NCBI RefSeq assembly: GCF_963921235.1 | Contig: NC_086108.1 | Span: 19,406,001 to 19,470,000 of the forward strand | Reading direction: 5' to 3' | Length of the DNA stretch: 64,000 nucleotides | Source of the DNA: Mobula hypostoma | Lineage: Eukaryota | Part shown: positions 50,476 through 62,664 of the stretch, piece by piece | How positions within the stretch are numbered: the first letter of the stretch is position 1 | How the letters are laid out: each line of letters starts with the position of its first letter | Notes under the pieces: generated by a model | What the model was told of the DNA's origin: nothing | What the model saw: only the letters and a program-made list of their open reading frames with translations | The model's database searches: none | Made by a program: the position numbers and the translations under genes

Positions 50476-51982
50476 AAGAGTCTTACCATTAATACTATAT
50501 TCTGCCATCATACCTGACCTACCAAAATGAACCACTTCACACTTATCTGGGTTGAACTCCATCTGTCACTTCTCAGCCCAGTTTTGCATCCTATCAATGA
50601 CCCACTCTAACCTCTGACAGCCCTCCACACTATCCACAACACCTCCAATCTTTGAGTCATCAGTAAACTTACTAACCCATCCCTCCACTTCCTCATCCAG
50701 GTCATTTATAAAAATCACAAATAGTAAGAGTCCCAGAACAGATCCCTGAGGCACCCCACTGGTGACCGACCTCCATGCAGAATACGATCCATCTACAACC
50801 ACTCTTTGCCTTCTGTGGGCAAGCCAGAAGCAATGTCCCCTTGGATCCCATGCCTCCTTACTTTCTCAATAAGCCTTGCATGGGGTACCTTATCAAATGC
50901 CTTGCTAAAATCCATATACACTACATCTACTTCATCAATGTGTTCAGTCACATCCTCAAAAAGTCCAATCGGGCTCGTAAGGCACAACCTGCCCTTGACA
51001 AAGCCATGCTGACTACCCCTAATCATATTTTACCTCTCCAAATATTCATAAACCCTGCCTCTCAGGATTTTCTCCATCAACTTACCAACCACTGAGGTAA
51101 GACTCACTGGTCTGTAATTTCCTGGGCTATCTCTACTCCCTTTCTTGAATGAAGGAACAACATTCACAACCCCCCAATCCTCCAGAACCTCTGATGCAAA
51201 GATCACAGCCAGAGGCTCAGCAATCTCTTCTCTCGCCTCCCACAGTTGGCTGAGGTACATCTCATCCAGTCCTGGCAACTTATCCAACTTGATGCTTTCC
51301 AAAAGCTCCAGTACATCCTCTTTCTTAATATCTACATGCTCAAGCTTTTTAGTCAGCTGAAAGTCATCACTGCAATCACCAAGATCCTTTTCCATAGTGA
51401 ATACTGAAGTAAAGTATTCATTAAGTACCTCTGCTATTTTCTCCGGTTCCATACACATTTTCCCACTGTCACACTTGTTAGGTCCTATTCTTTCACGTCT
51501 TATCCTCTTACTCTTCAAATACCTGTAGAATGCCTTGGGGTTTTCCTTAATCCTGCCCGCCAAGGCCTTCTCATGGCCCCTTCTGGCTCTCCCAATTTCC
51601 TTCTTAAGCTCCTTCCTATTAGCCTTATAATCTTCCAGATCTCTAACATTACCTAGCTCTCTGAACCTTTTGTAAGCTTTTCTTTTCTTCTTGACTAGAT
51701 TTATTACAGCCTTTGTACACCACGGTTCCTGTACCCTACCATAACTTCTGTCTCATTGGAACGCACCTATGCAGAACTCCACACAAATATCCCCTAAATA
51801 TTTGCCACATTTCTTTCGTACTTTGTCCTGAGAACATCTGTTTCCAATTTAAGCCTCCAATTTCTTGCCGGATAGCCTCATAATTCCCCTTACTCCAATT
51901 AAACGCTTTTCTGATTTGTCTGTTCCTATCTTTCTCCAATGCTATTGTAAAGGAGACAGAAGTATGATCACTATCTCCAAAA

Positions 51983-53745
51983 CTTTAGATTAGATTCAAC
52001 TTTATTGCCATTGTGCCGAGTACAGATACAAAGCCAATGAAATGCAGTTAGCATCTCACCAGAAATGCAAAGAGTATTATTTACAAAATAAGTGTGAATA
52101 AAAGGTAAGTGCTACAGCACACAAATATAAAAGTACTGAGACAGTACAATATGGGTGCAGTATTACTTAGCGCTGTGATGTGAGGTTCAGCAGGGTCACA
52201 GCCTCAGGGAAGCTCTTCCTGTGCCTACTGGTGCGGGAGCGGAGGCCCCTGTAGCGCCTACCCCATGGGAGAAAAGTAAAAAGTCCATGGTTCGGGTGAG
52301 ATGCATCCTTGATTGGTTTTTCACTCAGGATGGACGGCCCAGTCCTTTTTTTGCCCTGTTTAGAATAGTAGTGTTTTTTTTTCTTTTTTTTTAAATATAT
52401 AAAAATTTCTAATACTCCTTGCTTTCTTCATAAATCGATAAGAGAAGAATGAATTACACTCTTTTTTTTCCTCTGTATTATACATTCTATATTATATTTA
52501 TGCTTTGTAGATGAACACTGTGTGATTCTGATATTGTTTATTTTACCTTCTGTATGTACTGTTACTGACATATATACCAGAGATATTCTCCTCTGGTTTG
52601 TATACACTTTTTTTAAAAATCAATAAAAAGATTGAAAAAAGAAAGAGAAATATCCTTGATAATGCTTTTCGCCCTGCCAAGGCAGCGTTTATGGTAGATG
52701 TTCTCAATGGTGGGCAATTGGGTGCCGATAATCCACTGGGCAGTTTTCACGACACACTGGAGTGCTTTGCAGTCCAATACGGGACAATTGCCATACCACA
52801 CTGAGATGCAGTTGGTGAGTCGGCTCTGAATGGTACAGTAGAAGAAGTCCGTCAGTATCCTGGGACAGAGGTGAGCTTTCTTGATACTCCGCAGGAAATA
52901 AAGGCGCTGTTGTGCCTTTTTGATCAGGATGGAGGAGTTCAGGGACTAGGTGAGATCCTCGGAAATGTGGACACCAAGGAATTTGAAGCTTGATACACGC
53001 TCCACCACAGCTCCATTGATATAGATGGGGACGTGAGCGTGGCTCCTAGCATGCCAGAAGTCCACAATAATCTCCTTGGTCTTCTGGGTGTTAAGGGCCA
53101 GGTTGTTGTCGGCATACCACGCGGCCAGGTGCTGGACCTCATCCCTGTAGGCCATCTCGTCATCCCCTCTGATCAGGACAAACACCGTAGTGTCGTCTGT
53201 GAACTTGATTATGGAGTTAGAACCATGTACAGGAATGCAGTCATAGGTGAAAAGGAATTACAGAAGAGGACTCAGCACACAGCCTTGAGGCATGCTGGTG
53301 TTCAGGGTGAGAGTGGAGGAGGACAGGATGTCTAATTTAACTGATTGGGGTCTGTTAGTCAGAAAGTCCAAGGTCCAATTGCAGAGGGATGAGCTGATAC
53401 CAAGCTGGCAAAGTTTGGCTATCAGCTTGAAGGGGATCACAGTATTGATTGCCGAACTAAAGTCAATGAACAGCATTCTGATGTAAGAGTTGGGACTGTC
53501 CAGGTGGGTCAGGGCAGAGTGAAGTGTCGTGGAGATGGCGTCCTCTGTTGACCTGTTGGTGCGAAAGGCAAATTGATGGGGGTCCAGGGTAGTGGGCAGA
53601 CAGGGTTTCAGATGTGATAGAACCAGTCTCTCAAAGCACTTTGCAATGATGGGGGTGAGTGCAACTGAGCGGGAGTCATTCAGGCCCGTGGCAGTGGAAT
53701 GCTTTGGCACTGGCATGATGGTGGCGATCTTGAAGCTCTCCCGTT
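51983..53745 (-). mobile_element. Rex1/Babar-type LINE RT and 3' fragment nested in CR1
   Basis: [52 protein letters not shown] and NTQKTKEIIVDF motifs. Confidence 0.9.
52314..52651 (+). mobile_element. Short L1-like 3' end insertion
   Basis: AATAAA followed by an A-rich tail; 9-bp TSD atccttgat (52305-52313, 52652-52660). Confidence 0.75.
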
Positions 53746-56682
53746 GAGAGATCTGACACCTGACCAGGTTCATTTCACAATACCAAATCAAGTACAGCTT
53801 CTCCTCTTGTAGGCTTATGGACACATTGTGTCAAGAAACCTTCCTGAACACACCTAACAAACTCCACCCCATCTAAACTCCTCGCTCTTGGGAGATGCCA
53901 ATTGATATTTCCGAAATTAAAATCTCCCATGATAACTCTGTTATTATTACACTTTTCCAGGATCTGTTTCCCTATCTGCTCCTCGATATCCCTGTTACTA
54001 TTGGGCGGCCTGTAAAAAACACCCAGTAAAGTTATTGGCCCCTTCCTGTTCCTCACCTCCACCCACAGAGACTCCATAGACAATCCCACCATGACATCCA
54101 CCTTTTCTGCAGCCTTGACACTATCTCTGATCAACAGTGCCACACCCCCACTTCTTTTGCCTCCCTCCCTGTCCTTTCTGAAACATCTAAAACCCGGCAC
54201 TTGAAGTAACCATTCCTGTCCCTGAGCCATCCAAGTCTCTGTAATGGCCACTACATCCTATCTCCAAGTACTGATCCACGCTCTAAGCTCATCCGCTTTG
54301 TTCACAACACTCCTTGCATTAAAATAGACACATCTCAAACCTTCAGTCTGAGCACATCCCTTCTCTATCACCTGCCTATCCTCCCTCTTGCACTGTCTAC
54401 AAGCTTTCTCTATTTGGGAGCCAACCTCCTCTTCCCCAGTCTCTTCAGTTCAGTTCCCACCTCCCAACAATTCTAGTTTAAACTCTCCCCAGTAGCCTTA
54501 GTAACCTCCCCAGCAGGATATTGGTCCCCCTGGGATTCAAGTGCAACCCGTCCTTTTTGTACAGGTCACACCTGCCCCAAAAGAGGTCCCAATGATCCAG
54601 AATCTGAATCCCTGCCCCCGCTCCAATCCCTCAGCCACGCATTTATCCTCCACCTCATTCTATTCCTATACTCACTGTCACGTGACACAGGCAGTAATCC
54701 CAAGATTACTACCTTTGCAGTCCTGCCTCTCAACTTCCTTCCGAACTCCCTGTAGTCTTTTTTCAGGACCTCTTCCCTCTTCCTACTTACGTCATTGGTA
54801 CAAATATGTACCACGATCTCTGGTTGTTCTCCCTCCCACTGCAGGAGCGATCCAAAACATCCCGGACCCTGTCACCTGGGAGGCAAACTACCATCCGAGT
54901 TTCTTTCTTGCATCTACAGAATCGTCCGTCTGACCCCCTAACTATAGAGTCCCCTATCACTACTGCCTTCCTCTTCCCTTCTCTACCCTTCTGAGCTACA
55001 GGGCCAGACTCTGTGCCAGAGGCACGGCCACTGCCGCTTTCCCCAGGTAGGCTGTTTTCCCCAACGGTACTCAAACAGGAGTACTTATTGTCAAAGGGGT
55101 ACAGCCACAGGGGTACTCTCTCGTACCTGACTCTTTCCCTTCCCCCTCCTGACTGTGACCCACCTGTCTGTGTCTCGTGGCCCTGGTGTGACCACCTGCC
55201 TATAACTCCTCTCTGTCACCTCCTCACTTTCCCTGACCAGGCGAAGGTCATCGAGCTGCATCTCCAGTTTCCTAACTCGGTCCCTCAGGAGCTGCAGCTC
55301 GACACACCTGGTGCAGATATGGCCGTCTGGGAGGGTGGGAGACTCCAGGACCCCCCACATCTGACACTGAGCACAGAAAACTGGCCTCACACTCATACTA
55401 CCTCCTTTCGGCAATTAACACAGTTCAACCTACCTCACCTCGTCCCATTACCGCCCAAGCCTGTTGAGCCAAAGCCCTACCACTCTGCCACCTCTCACTC
55501 CGCTGCCCGCTCCGACGCTGCCTGCTGGATATGGCGGTCTTCTTTTTAAACCTTTCACACGCTACAGGCTGATGTCATGCGCCTGCGCAGTCTCGCCTCT
55601 TTTACCCCCTGTAGTAAAAAACTCCCTTCACTCCGAAGAACATCAGCTGTTCACTCACAGCCTTCTTGCTCCAAATCAAAAACTGGTAAAGATTCCTTGC
55701 CTTTTTAAACCTTTTGCACACTACTGGCTGACGTCACGCGCCTGCACAGTCTCGTCTCTGTTTTACACGAGTAGCAAAAAACTCTCTTCGCTCCAAAAAA
55801 TCAGCTGTTCACTCGCAGCCTTCTTCTTCCGATTGTATGCAGAAAAAGGCCCATGATATCACAGGCTTGATTGCCAGGTTTAAAAGTTGCTTGAAGCTAG
55901 AAAGCATACTATAATCATTTTACAAGTTCTACTGTTCCAGACAATAGCAAAAAAAAAAATCAGAAATATAATGCAGTTAATTATTGAGCAACACTCCGGG
56001 TTTCCACATGGAAGCTGTAACATAGCCAAATTGCATGCAGAAAACTTCTAAAGAAACGAGTGGAAATGCCAAAATACAATTCTAAAAGCAAATATTCAAA
56101 CAAAGTGACTGGCATTATTCTCAAACAAAAAATAAACAAATTTCTTAGAAGTTTGCAACATATGAGCTCTTGGCTTCCAATGTTTGCATTGTTAGCCAAA
56201 GCTTATATACAATCAAATTAATTTTCTTAATAACTCTAAAGAGTTGCCACAAAAATCTTTTTTTAAGGCACCAGTCTTAACTTTCTCGTGTGCAATAGGC
56301 CGTAACAGAGTAGCAGTGATCTGTATAATGTGATCTGTTATCATGACCAGCTGTCCAAACTTCACAATACTTCACGATTAGACAATGTTAAATTTATTCA
56401 ATCAAAATACAATAAGCTTGATTAATACAAACTGAGACACTCACAAGGACTTCCTAGGAATAGTACAATAAACATTTTTTAGATGAAGCTTCAATGATCA
56501 GTAAATTTATCAACATACTCTGTTAAAACAGATTAAAATAAAAGTTGCTTCTAAAAATACTCCATATTATTAAAACTTATTTTGCTGAGTAATTTTGAAC
56601 TGATATTTCAGTGCTGCTTCAAGAAATACCATTATTAAAAGTTATCTTTTTCCAGGATTCTCGTACTCAACTTCTCTTGATA

Positions 56683-57190
56683 CATGCATGCCCTCTCCAC
56701 CATTGAGTACATCTACACAAAATGTAATCACAGGAAAGCAGCATCCATCATCAGAGACCCCCAGCACCCAGGACATGCTCTCTTCTTGCTGCTACCATCA
56801 GGAAGGTGGAAGGAAGCCTCAGGACTCCCACCACCAGGTTCAAGAACAATTATTACCCCTCAACCATCAGGCTTTTCAACTGAAGGGGCTATCTTCACTC
56901 AACTTCATTTGCCCCATCATTGAAACGTGCCACAACCTGTGGACTTAATTTCAAAGACTCTTCACCTCATGTTCTTGATATTCATTGCTTGTTTATTTAT
57001 TTGTTTGTTTATTATTATTTCTTTCTTTTTGTATTTGCAGTTTCTGTCCTTTGCAGACTGGTTGAACACCCAAGCTGGTATGGTCTTTCATTGATTTGTT
57101 ATGGTTATTATTCTATCATGGATTTATTCAGTACACCCTCAAGAAAAGGGTTGAACATGGTGACATATACTTCAAATAAATTTACTTTGA
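56683..57190 (+). mobile_element. Rex1/Babar-type 3' fragment
   Basis: RKAASIIRDPQHPGHALFLLLPSGR motif; aataaatttactttga tail. Confidence 0.8.
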
Positions 57191-58114
57191 GCTATTGTGA
57201 AAATCTCTTAGTTTTCCTGCTCAGTTTCAACATCTACGTGTATCTGGCTTTCAAAGACTGAGATTCTCAAATGTGCTGCATTCCTCAAGTTCAATTTCAC
57301 AGTTATGGAATAGTGTACAGAAGACGACAGTTCATTTTTTTAGATCTGGTGAAAAAGGGCATTACTCTGGTGTGGTTGAAGGAGGAACTGATGTGTGGAA
57401 ATACGAACACCAGTGAATGGACTGAGGACAGTGAAGAAGAGAGATAAAAAGGGAACAAAATGATCTTGGGAGGCTGTGAAGATGTTGGATGTGATTTAAA
57501 AGATGGCAATAGGTGGGATGAAGGAATGCTAGTACTTGAATAGCAGGAACTAGTAATCACTGTTCATTGTGAGAAGTGATAGAGTATTAACGTCAAATAC
57601 AATCGCTTCTCACTTAGACTTAACTGTATGATTTAACAATAACCAATTTACCAAATGCACAGTTCCCATAATCAATTATTTTCTGAAATAACACATGGTT
57701 AGAATTAATCATAATTAAAAAGTTGTCATTTTCTTTCCAGTTTATACATAACCTGATCGATTTCATCACAATGTTGAACTTCAGTCATTGGCATAGTTGT
57801 TCTTATAGATTTCATGTCATTTCAATTCAAAATATAAACGATATTCTTACATTAAAGTGAGATTACGTTTTACATTCTATGCCCATTTGCCCTTTGATAC
57901 ATCTTTATTGTTAACATACAAAATGTGGCCTTACACAACTGAATATTCTAAGATAATTAAGCAGCCCAGATCTCCTTGCTCACCAGAACTTTCAAGATCT
58001 TTTCACCAAGTGTCTATGTCCATCCATACAGCCACAAACAGCAGGTCCTCTTTATAAACTAAAATACCTGAAACAGATAATACCTTCCCTTAAATTCCAT
58101 TGAGTGATCCACTA

Positions 58115-58870
58115 CAGAACATAGAAATCTACAGCACATTACAGGCCCTTCAGCCCACAATGTTGTGTCGACCATGAATTACCTACTGAGAATTATCCTA
58201 CTGCATAGCCCTCTATTTTTCTAAGTTCCATGTATCTATCTAAGAGGCTCTTAAAGGACCCTTTTGTATCCCCCTCCAGCAGTGCATTCCATACACCCAC
58301 CACTCCGTGAAAAATTTACCTCTGACATCCCCCCACCCATACCTACTTCCAAGTACCTTAAAATTATGCCCCCTCATATTAGCCATTTCAGCCCTGGAAA
58401 AAAGCCTCTGGCTAGCCACACAATCAATGGATCTCATCATCTTATACACCTCTATCAGGTCAACTCTCATCTTCCTTCGATCCAAGGAGAAAAGACCATG
58501 TTCACTCAACCTATTCTCATAAGGCATGCTCTCCAATCCAGGCAACATCCTTGTAAATCTCCTCTGCACTCTCTCTACAGTATTCACATCCTTTCTGTAG
58601 CGAGGTGAACAGAACTGAGCACAGTATTACAAGTGGGATCTGACCAAGGTCTTACATTACATTAACATGTAATCTTACATTACAGGCAACATTACCTCAC
58701 AGCTCTGGAACACAATCCCATGGTTGATGAAGGCCAACACACTATACGCTTTCTTTACAAGACTGTCCACCTGCGCAGCAGCTTTGAGTGTCCTATGGAC
58801 ATGGACCCCAAGATCTACGTTGCCAAGAATTAATATTATATTCTTTCAAATTTGACCTGTCAAACTAAAA
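58115..58870 (-). mobile_element. CR1 3' fragment
   Basis: ERVQRRFTRMLPGLE...GLFSLDRRKMRVDLIEVYKMM (ORF 58240-58587). Confidence 0.85.
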
Positions 58871-59703
58871 TATTTCAGAACCAGTTCAGAATTACGTTAA
58901 AATATTAACCAAATTACATTTTAAAAAATGGACTCTTCCATCAACTAACTTCATTCCTCTAACATTAACCATACTTCAAACAACAAGTAAACTGAAAATG
59001 ATCACCACCCCAATTTCACATTTTCAGCACAAACTGCGCAGGCATAAGACAGATCAAATTAAAAATTGTGCAGGGGAAAAAGAGAAAGGAATCTTGGCCT
59101 GAGGTTGAAAAGATCTCTTTCAATTCGCTACCATTTTCACATTCCATGACAGTCAGACGGAATGAAATCAGCGAACAACAAGAAATAGAAGACTCATTAA
59201 AAAAGAACTATGATTTTGTCCCTACTGAAATAATTCCAGTTTCGGCTTGGGAACCTTAGTGCAAACCTACCAATTTTCATTTTCTATTGCTTGCTTTTCC
59301 AGAGCAATGACAAGATACAAAACAAAACGTTAATCACTGTGATGCAAATGGAGTACTGAGAAACAGCAATTAAAGTGTGATGAAACATTGCAAGCACTCA
59401 ACAAACTGAAGGAAAACTGTGAAACAGCAAGGTGGCAAAAAACAGAAGAATCGAGTCCTGACAGCAGTAAATAACTCCAATGGATAGCAGTGACATGGAG
59501 AAATTAAACAAAATATGACTAAACTTCAACAAGGAACAAAACCAGAAGGAAAACAGTGAGGAAACAGACATTGCAAAGAATACACAGTTAACCTCTGCAG
59601 TTTTGTGACGATACTCGTCATTTTTGTCAGATTTTTAAGCGTTCTCGTCCCACTTCAGGTTTAAGTGGACTTAAACTGGTACTTCATCCCATGGGAATGT
59701 TTC

Positions 59704-59713
59704 AAAAGGATAC
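59704..59713 (-). promoter_or_regulatory. U12-type (minor spliceosome) GT-AG 5' splice site
   Basis: The intron starts GTATCCTTTT, an exact match to the U12 donor consensus RTATCCTTT. It splits the conserved His codon in phase 1. Confidence 0.9.
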
Positions 59714-59793
59714 GTCCTTGCTCAATGAAAGTAATTGCTGTTCTCAGGTTTTGAGCCATACGCAGCTTTACCATTATTGTGGGGAGACGTCTC
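59714..59793 (-). CDS. IMP3: Internal coding exon of IMP3 (U3 small nucleolar RNP protein, S4-like RNA-binding domain)
   Basis: Minus strand reads ...ctcttttctgcag|G AGA CGT CTC CCC ACA ATA ATG GTA AAG CTG CGT ATG GCT CAA AAC CTG AGA ACA GCA ATT ACT TTC ATT GAG CAA GGA C|gtatcctttt = (R)[26 protein letters not shown](H). This matches the IMP3 segment [28 protein letters not shown] as I recall it. Clean AG acceptor with a pyrimidine tract; 80 nt long. Confidence 0.93.
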
Positions 59794-60576
59794 CTGCAGA
59801 AAAGAGCACAATTTTGTTTTTATTTAACACAGAATCAAATGCTTATTGCACCTTGAAGCAAATATCACCCTTTTTCAACAATCAGTGACCAAGCACAAGA
59901 ATTCAGCCCTCTATTTGTACAGCTGTGAAGTGCCAAAAGAAAATCTAGCACAAGCTGGTTTCCTCAAATACCTTGGCACTGAAAGTACACAATTCTTACC
60001 GGTAGCCATACCAACCAAAATAGATCAGTAATTGAGAATCTCATTCGAAATGAGTACTGAAGTACACCAATCAGCACTGCAGTTTCTAAAGAGACCAGAG
60101 ACTTAACCACATCAGATTTAAACAGGTTGTGATTTACAACTACCACAATCAAAAGACACTTAAAGCTTTAATATATGCCAGGCAGTCTTTCCCAGTTGTG
60201 TTGAAAAGCTAGTATCTGCAAACACTCATCCAAGTTATTTAGAGATGACATCGTCAAGCTAATGACTTATATTGGATACCAAAAGTATTTATTGAATACA
60301 TTACTGCCTTTATTCAGTATTCAACAAGCAACAACATCTGAGTCCTTTTCCAAAAATCCAGATTAATTTAACATACAAAGAAAATGCCCTTAAATTGCTT
60401 TTTGGTGAGATGGCAATGTACTTGGATGCAGCAGCCACTCTTGTCCAACCAAGGGTAAAAACATTCACCCTTTATGTCTTTTTCATGATCACAAGGCACG
60501 GCTGGTTGTCAGGAACATCAAGTACGGCTGGTCCATCCCACCAGTGAGTTGCTGGATAGCAATGGAGATGGACTTC

Positions 60577-60836
60577 ATTTATTTATTGAGATACAGCACG
60601 GATTAGGCCCTTCAAACCCTGATGTAACCTTAGCCTAATCACAGGACAATTTAAATTATCAATTAACCTACTAACCGCTACATCTTTGGACTGTGGGAGA
60701 AAACCAGGGCACCAGGAGGAAACCCACACAGTCACAGGAAGAACATACAAATTTCTTACAGGCAGCAACAGGAATTGAACCCAGGTCACCTGTACTGTAA
60801 AGCATTGTGCTAACCACTACACTACCATGCCACCCC
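60577..60836 (-). mobile_element. tRNA-derived V-type (HE1-like) SINE
   Basis: A/B boxes (GGTAGTGTAGTGG, GGTTCAATTCC); V-domain-like gtgggtttcctcctggtgccctggttttctcccacagtccaaaga; CR1-like tail. Confidence 0.8.
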
Positions 60837-62019
60837 AGTTGTTGCATATCGTGTCGCAGCCTGCTTCAGCCACCCAAGGAAAGTGGTGTCAGAGGCGAAG
60901 CACAATCCAACAGATGATTGTCTTTTGGTGCCCTGTAGGACAATGGTAGTATCGAATACTGCAAACCTCATTTACTGTTCTGTTTTGGCAAGACCAATGG
61001 CAGGGGAACTGCACGGCCTCTGATGCGGGGAGTGGACAAGGCCCTCGCGCCTCAGGATTGCCTGTTGCAGCCCCTGGGATAAAAGGCTCCAGAGCTGGCT
61101 GTGTGGCACGAGAATTCATACTGGGTTGGGGGCCTGGCCCTTCCCATTAGTGCTGCTTTACAGTGTACAGTGGTGGAAGACGAACTGGATTGCGTTCATC
61201 TGCGGCTGCAGTTACTCAGTATGAGGAACGCCGTTGGCTTGTTCTTGTGGAAACATGGCTCAAGGACAATATCTGTGCACCATCAATCTACGGGCCATGA
61301 TACCCTGGGACTTGGGCTTCTTTCTTGCTATCATAATTATATATGCTCCGTGTGACGGCCGGTACTGTGTTCAGCACCTTGGTACCAAAGGAATGCTGTT
61401 TTGCTTGGCTGTATTCAGAGACATGGTTGAGTGACAATTAAACTTGAACTTCCATTAAGAAATACAAAGTTCCTCAGGGAGAAATCAGGTATTATAGCTT
61501 CAACATAGCTGGGTAAATATCAACTAGGCCTCTGGTCAACTTGTGAGAAATGTTTCACATCTGACTGCAATTCCAGACATGAACCAAAGTTCCTGCCTTT
61601 GTTCAGAAATGTGGTCCACGAAGACAGAAAATGCCATCTATCACAGCAGCACTTGATTCAGAATACATGGAAAAAGTATGAGATACCTGTATTCAGCAGA
61701 ATGTTGCTTCAATTTTGCAATATATTATCCACATGCCAAAGTAAACTTATATTGCATACACCTTGAAAATTCTGAAAATACAGTTCTTATGGTTATTTAC
61801 TGCAAAATTCCTTTATCTGCATACACTGTCTGCACCACTCAGCTTCCTATATTTTATTCTTTGCATCCATGATTTCAACCACCTTCTTCCTCCATCCCAA
61901 TTCATCATGGGTGTTATTTATATCAATTGGTCTGGTGAATATGCAACCCTATTGCTGGATTGCACAAAATCTCAAAACCCTCACAGGTTGGTCATAAGAA
62001 CAACTTCCAATCCGAAGCA

Positions 62020-62280
62020 GAGTGGCATGGTAGCGTAGTGGTTGCACAGCGCTTTACAGAGCAGGCGATTCACACCACTGCCAATAAGGAGCTTGTACAT
62101 TCTACCTGTGACTGCCTGGGTTTCTTCCAAGTGCTCCAGTTTTCTCCCACATTGCAAAGACCTACCGCTTGATCAGTTAATTGGTCTTTGTAAATTGTCC
62201 TGTGATTAGGCTAGGGTTAAATCAGAGGAACTGCTGGGCAGTGCAGCTCCAAGGACATACTCCATGCTGCATCTCAAATT
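62020..62280 (+). mobile_element. V-type (HE1-like) SINE, second copy
   Basis: Same family as 60577-60836 in the opposite orientation; B-box region partly deleted. Confidence 0.75.
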
Positions 62281-62356
62281 TAAAAAAAGATTAAACAATA
62301 TCACCAAATGATTTGCTTTATAAAGCACTAATACATTTATATATTAAATTATCTGT

Positions 62357-62664
62357 GGGCACATGGCCAAGTGGTTAAGGCATTGGACTAGCAACCTGAA
62401 GGTCGTGAGTTCGAGCCTCAGCCGAGGCAACGTGTGTTGTGTCCTTGAGCAAGGCACTTAATCACACATTGCTCTGCGATGACACTGGTGCCAAGCTGTA
62501 TGGGTCCTAAAGCCCTTCCCTTGGACAACACTGGTGTCGTGGAGAGGGGAGACTTGCAGCATGGGCAACTGCTGGTCTTACATACGACCTTGCCCAGGCC
62601 TGCGCCCTGGAGAGTGAAGACTTTCCAGGCGCAGATCCATGGTCTCGCAAGACTAACGGATGCC
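62357..62664 (+). mobile_element. tRNA-derived CORE-type SINE with RTE-like tail (copy 2)
   Basis: A-box TGGCCAAGTGG and B-box GTTCGAGCC; perfect 14-bp TSD attaaattatctgt (62343-62356, 62665-62678). Confidence 0.88.

Larger units (their letters stand above)
47538..55833 (-). mobile_element. Older near-full-length CR1 LINE (5' UTR, ORF1, EN, RT) hosting nested insertions
   Basis: ORF1 zinc finger (CAQCQMW..HICTRC) and SGNH esterase (VIGDSIVR, VHICTND); EN (AITETW, GDFN); RT (GVPQGSVLG, FTDD). Sequence is continuous across the inserts at 47606-50475 and ~51983-53745. Confidence 0.9.

Noticed and set aside
57984..58067. Exon-like segment (tttcag|...|gtgagc) 1.6 kb downstream of the IMP3 exon
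   Set aside because: Stops in all three frames and U2-type sites incompatible with the U12 donor. A poison exon cannot be supported without RNA data.
59794..59823. Intron end TTCTGCAG also reads F-C-R in frame, as IMP3 does, suggesting a longer exon
   Set aside because: An in-frame TAA lies about 9 codons upstream and the intervening residues do not match IMP3. A pyrimidine tract plus CAG explains the match.
62357..62430. tRNA gene
   Set aside because: The A/B boxes belong to a SINE head that continues into a CORE-like body and is flanked by a TSD.
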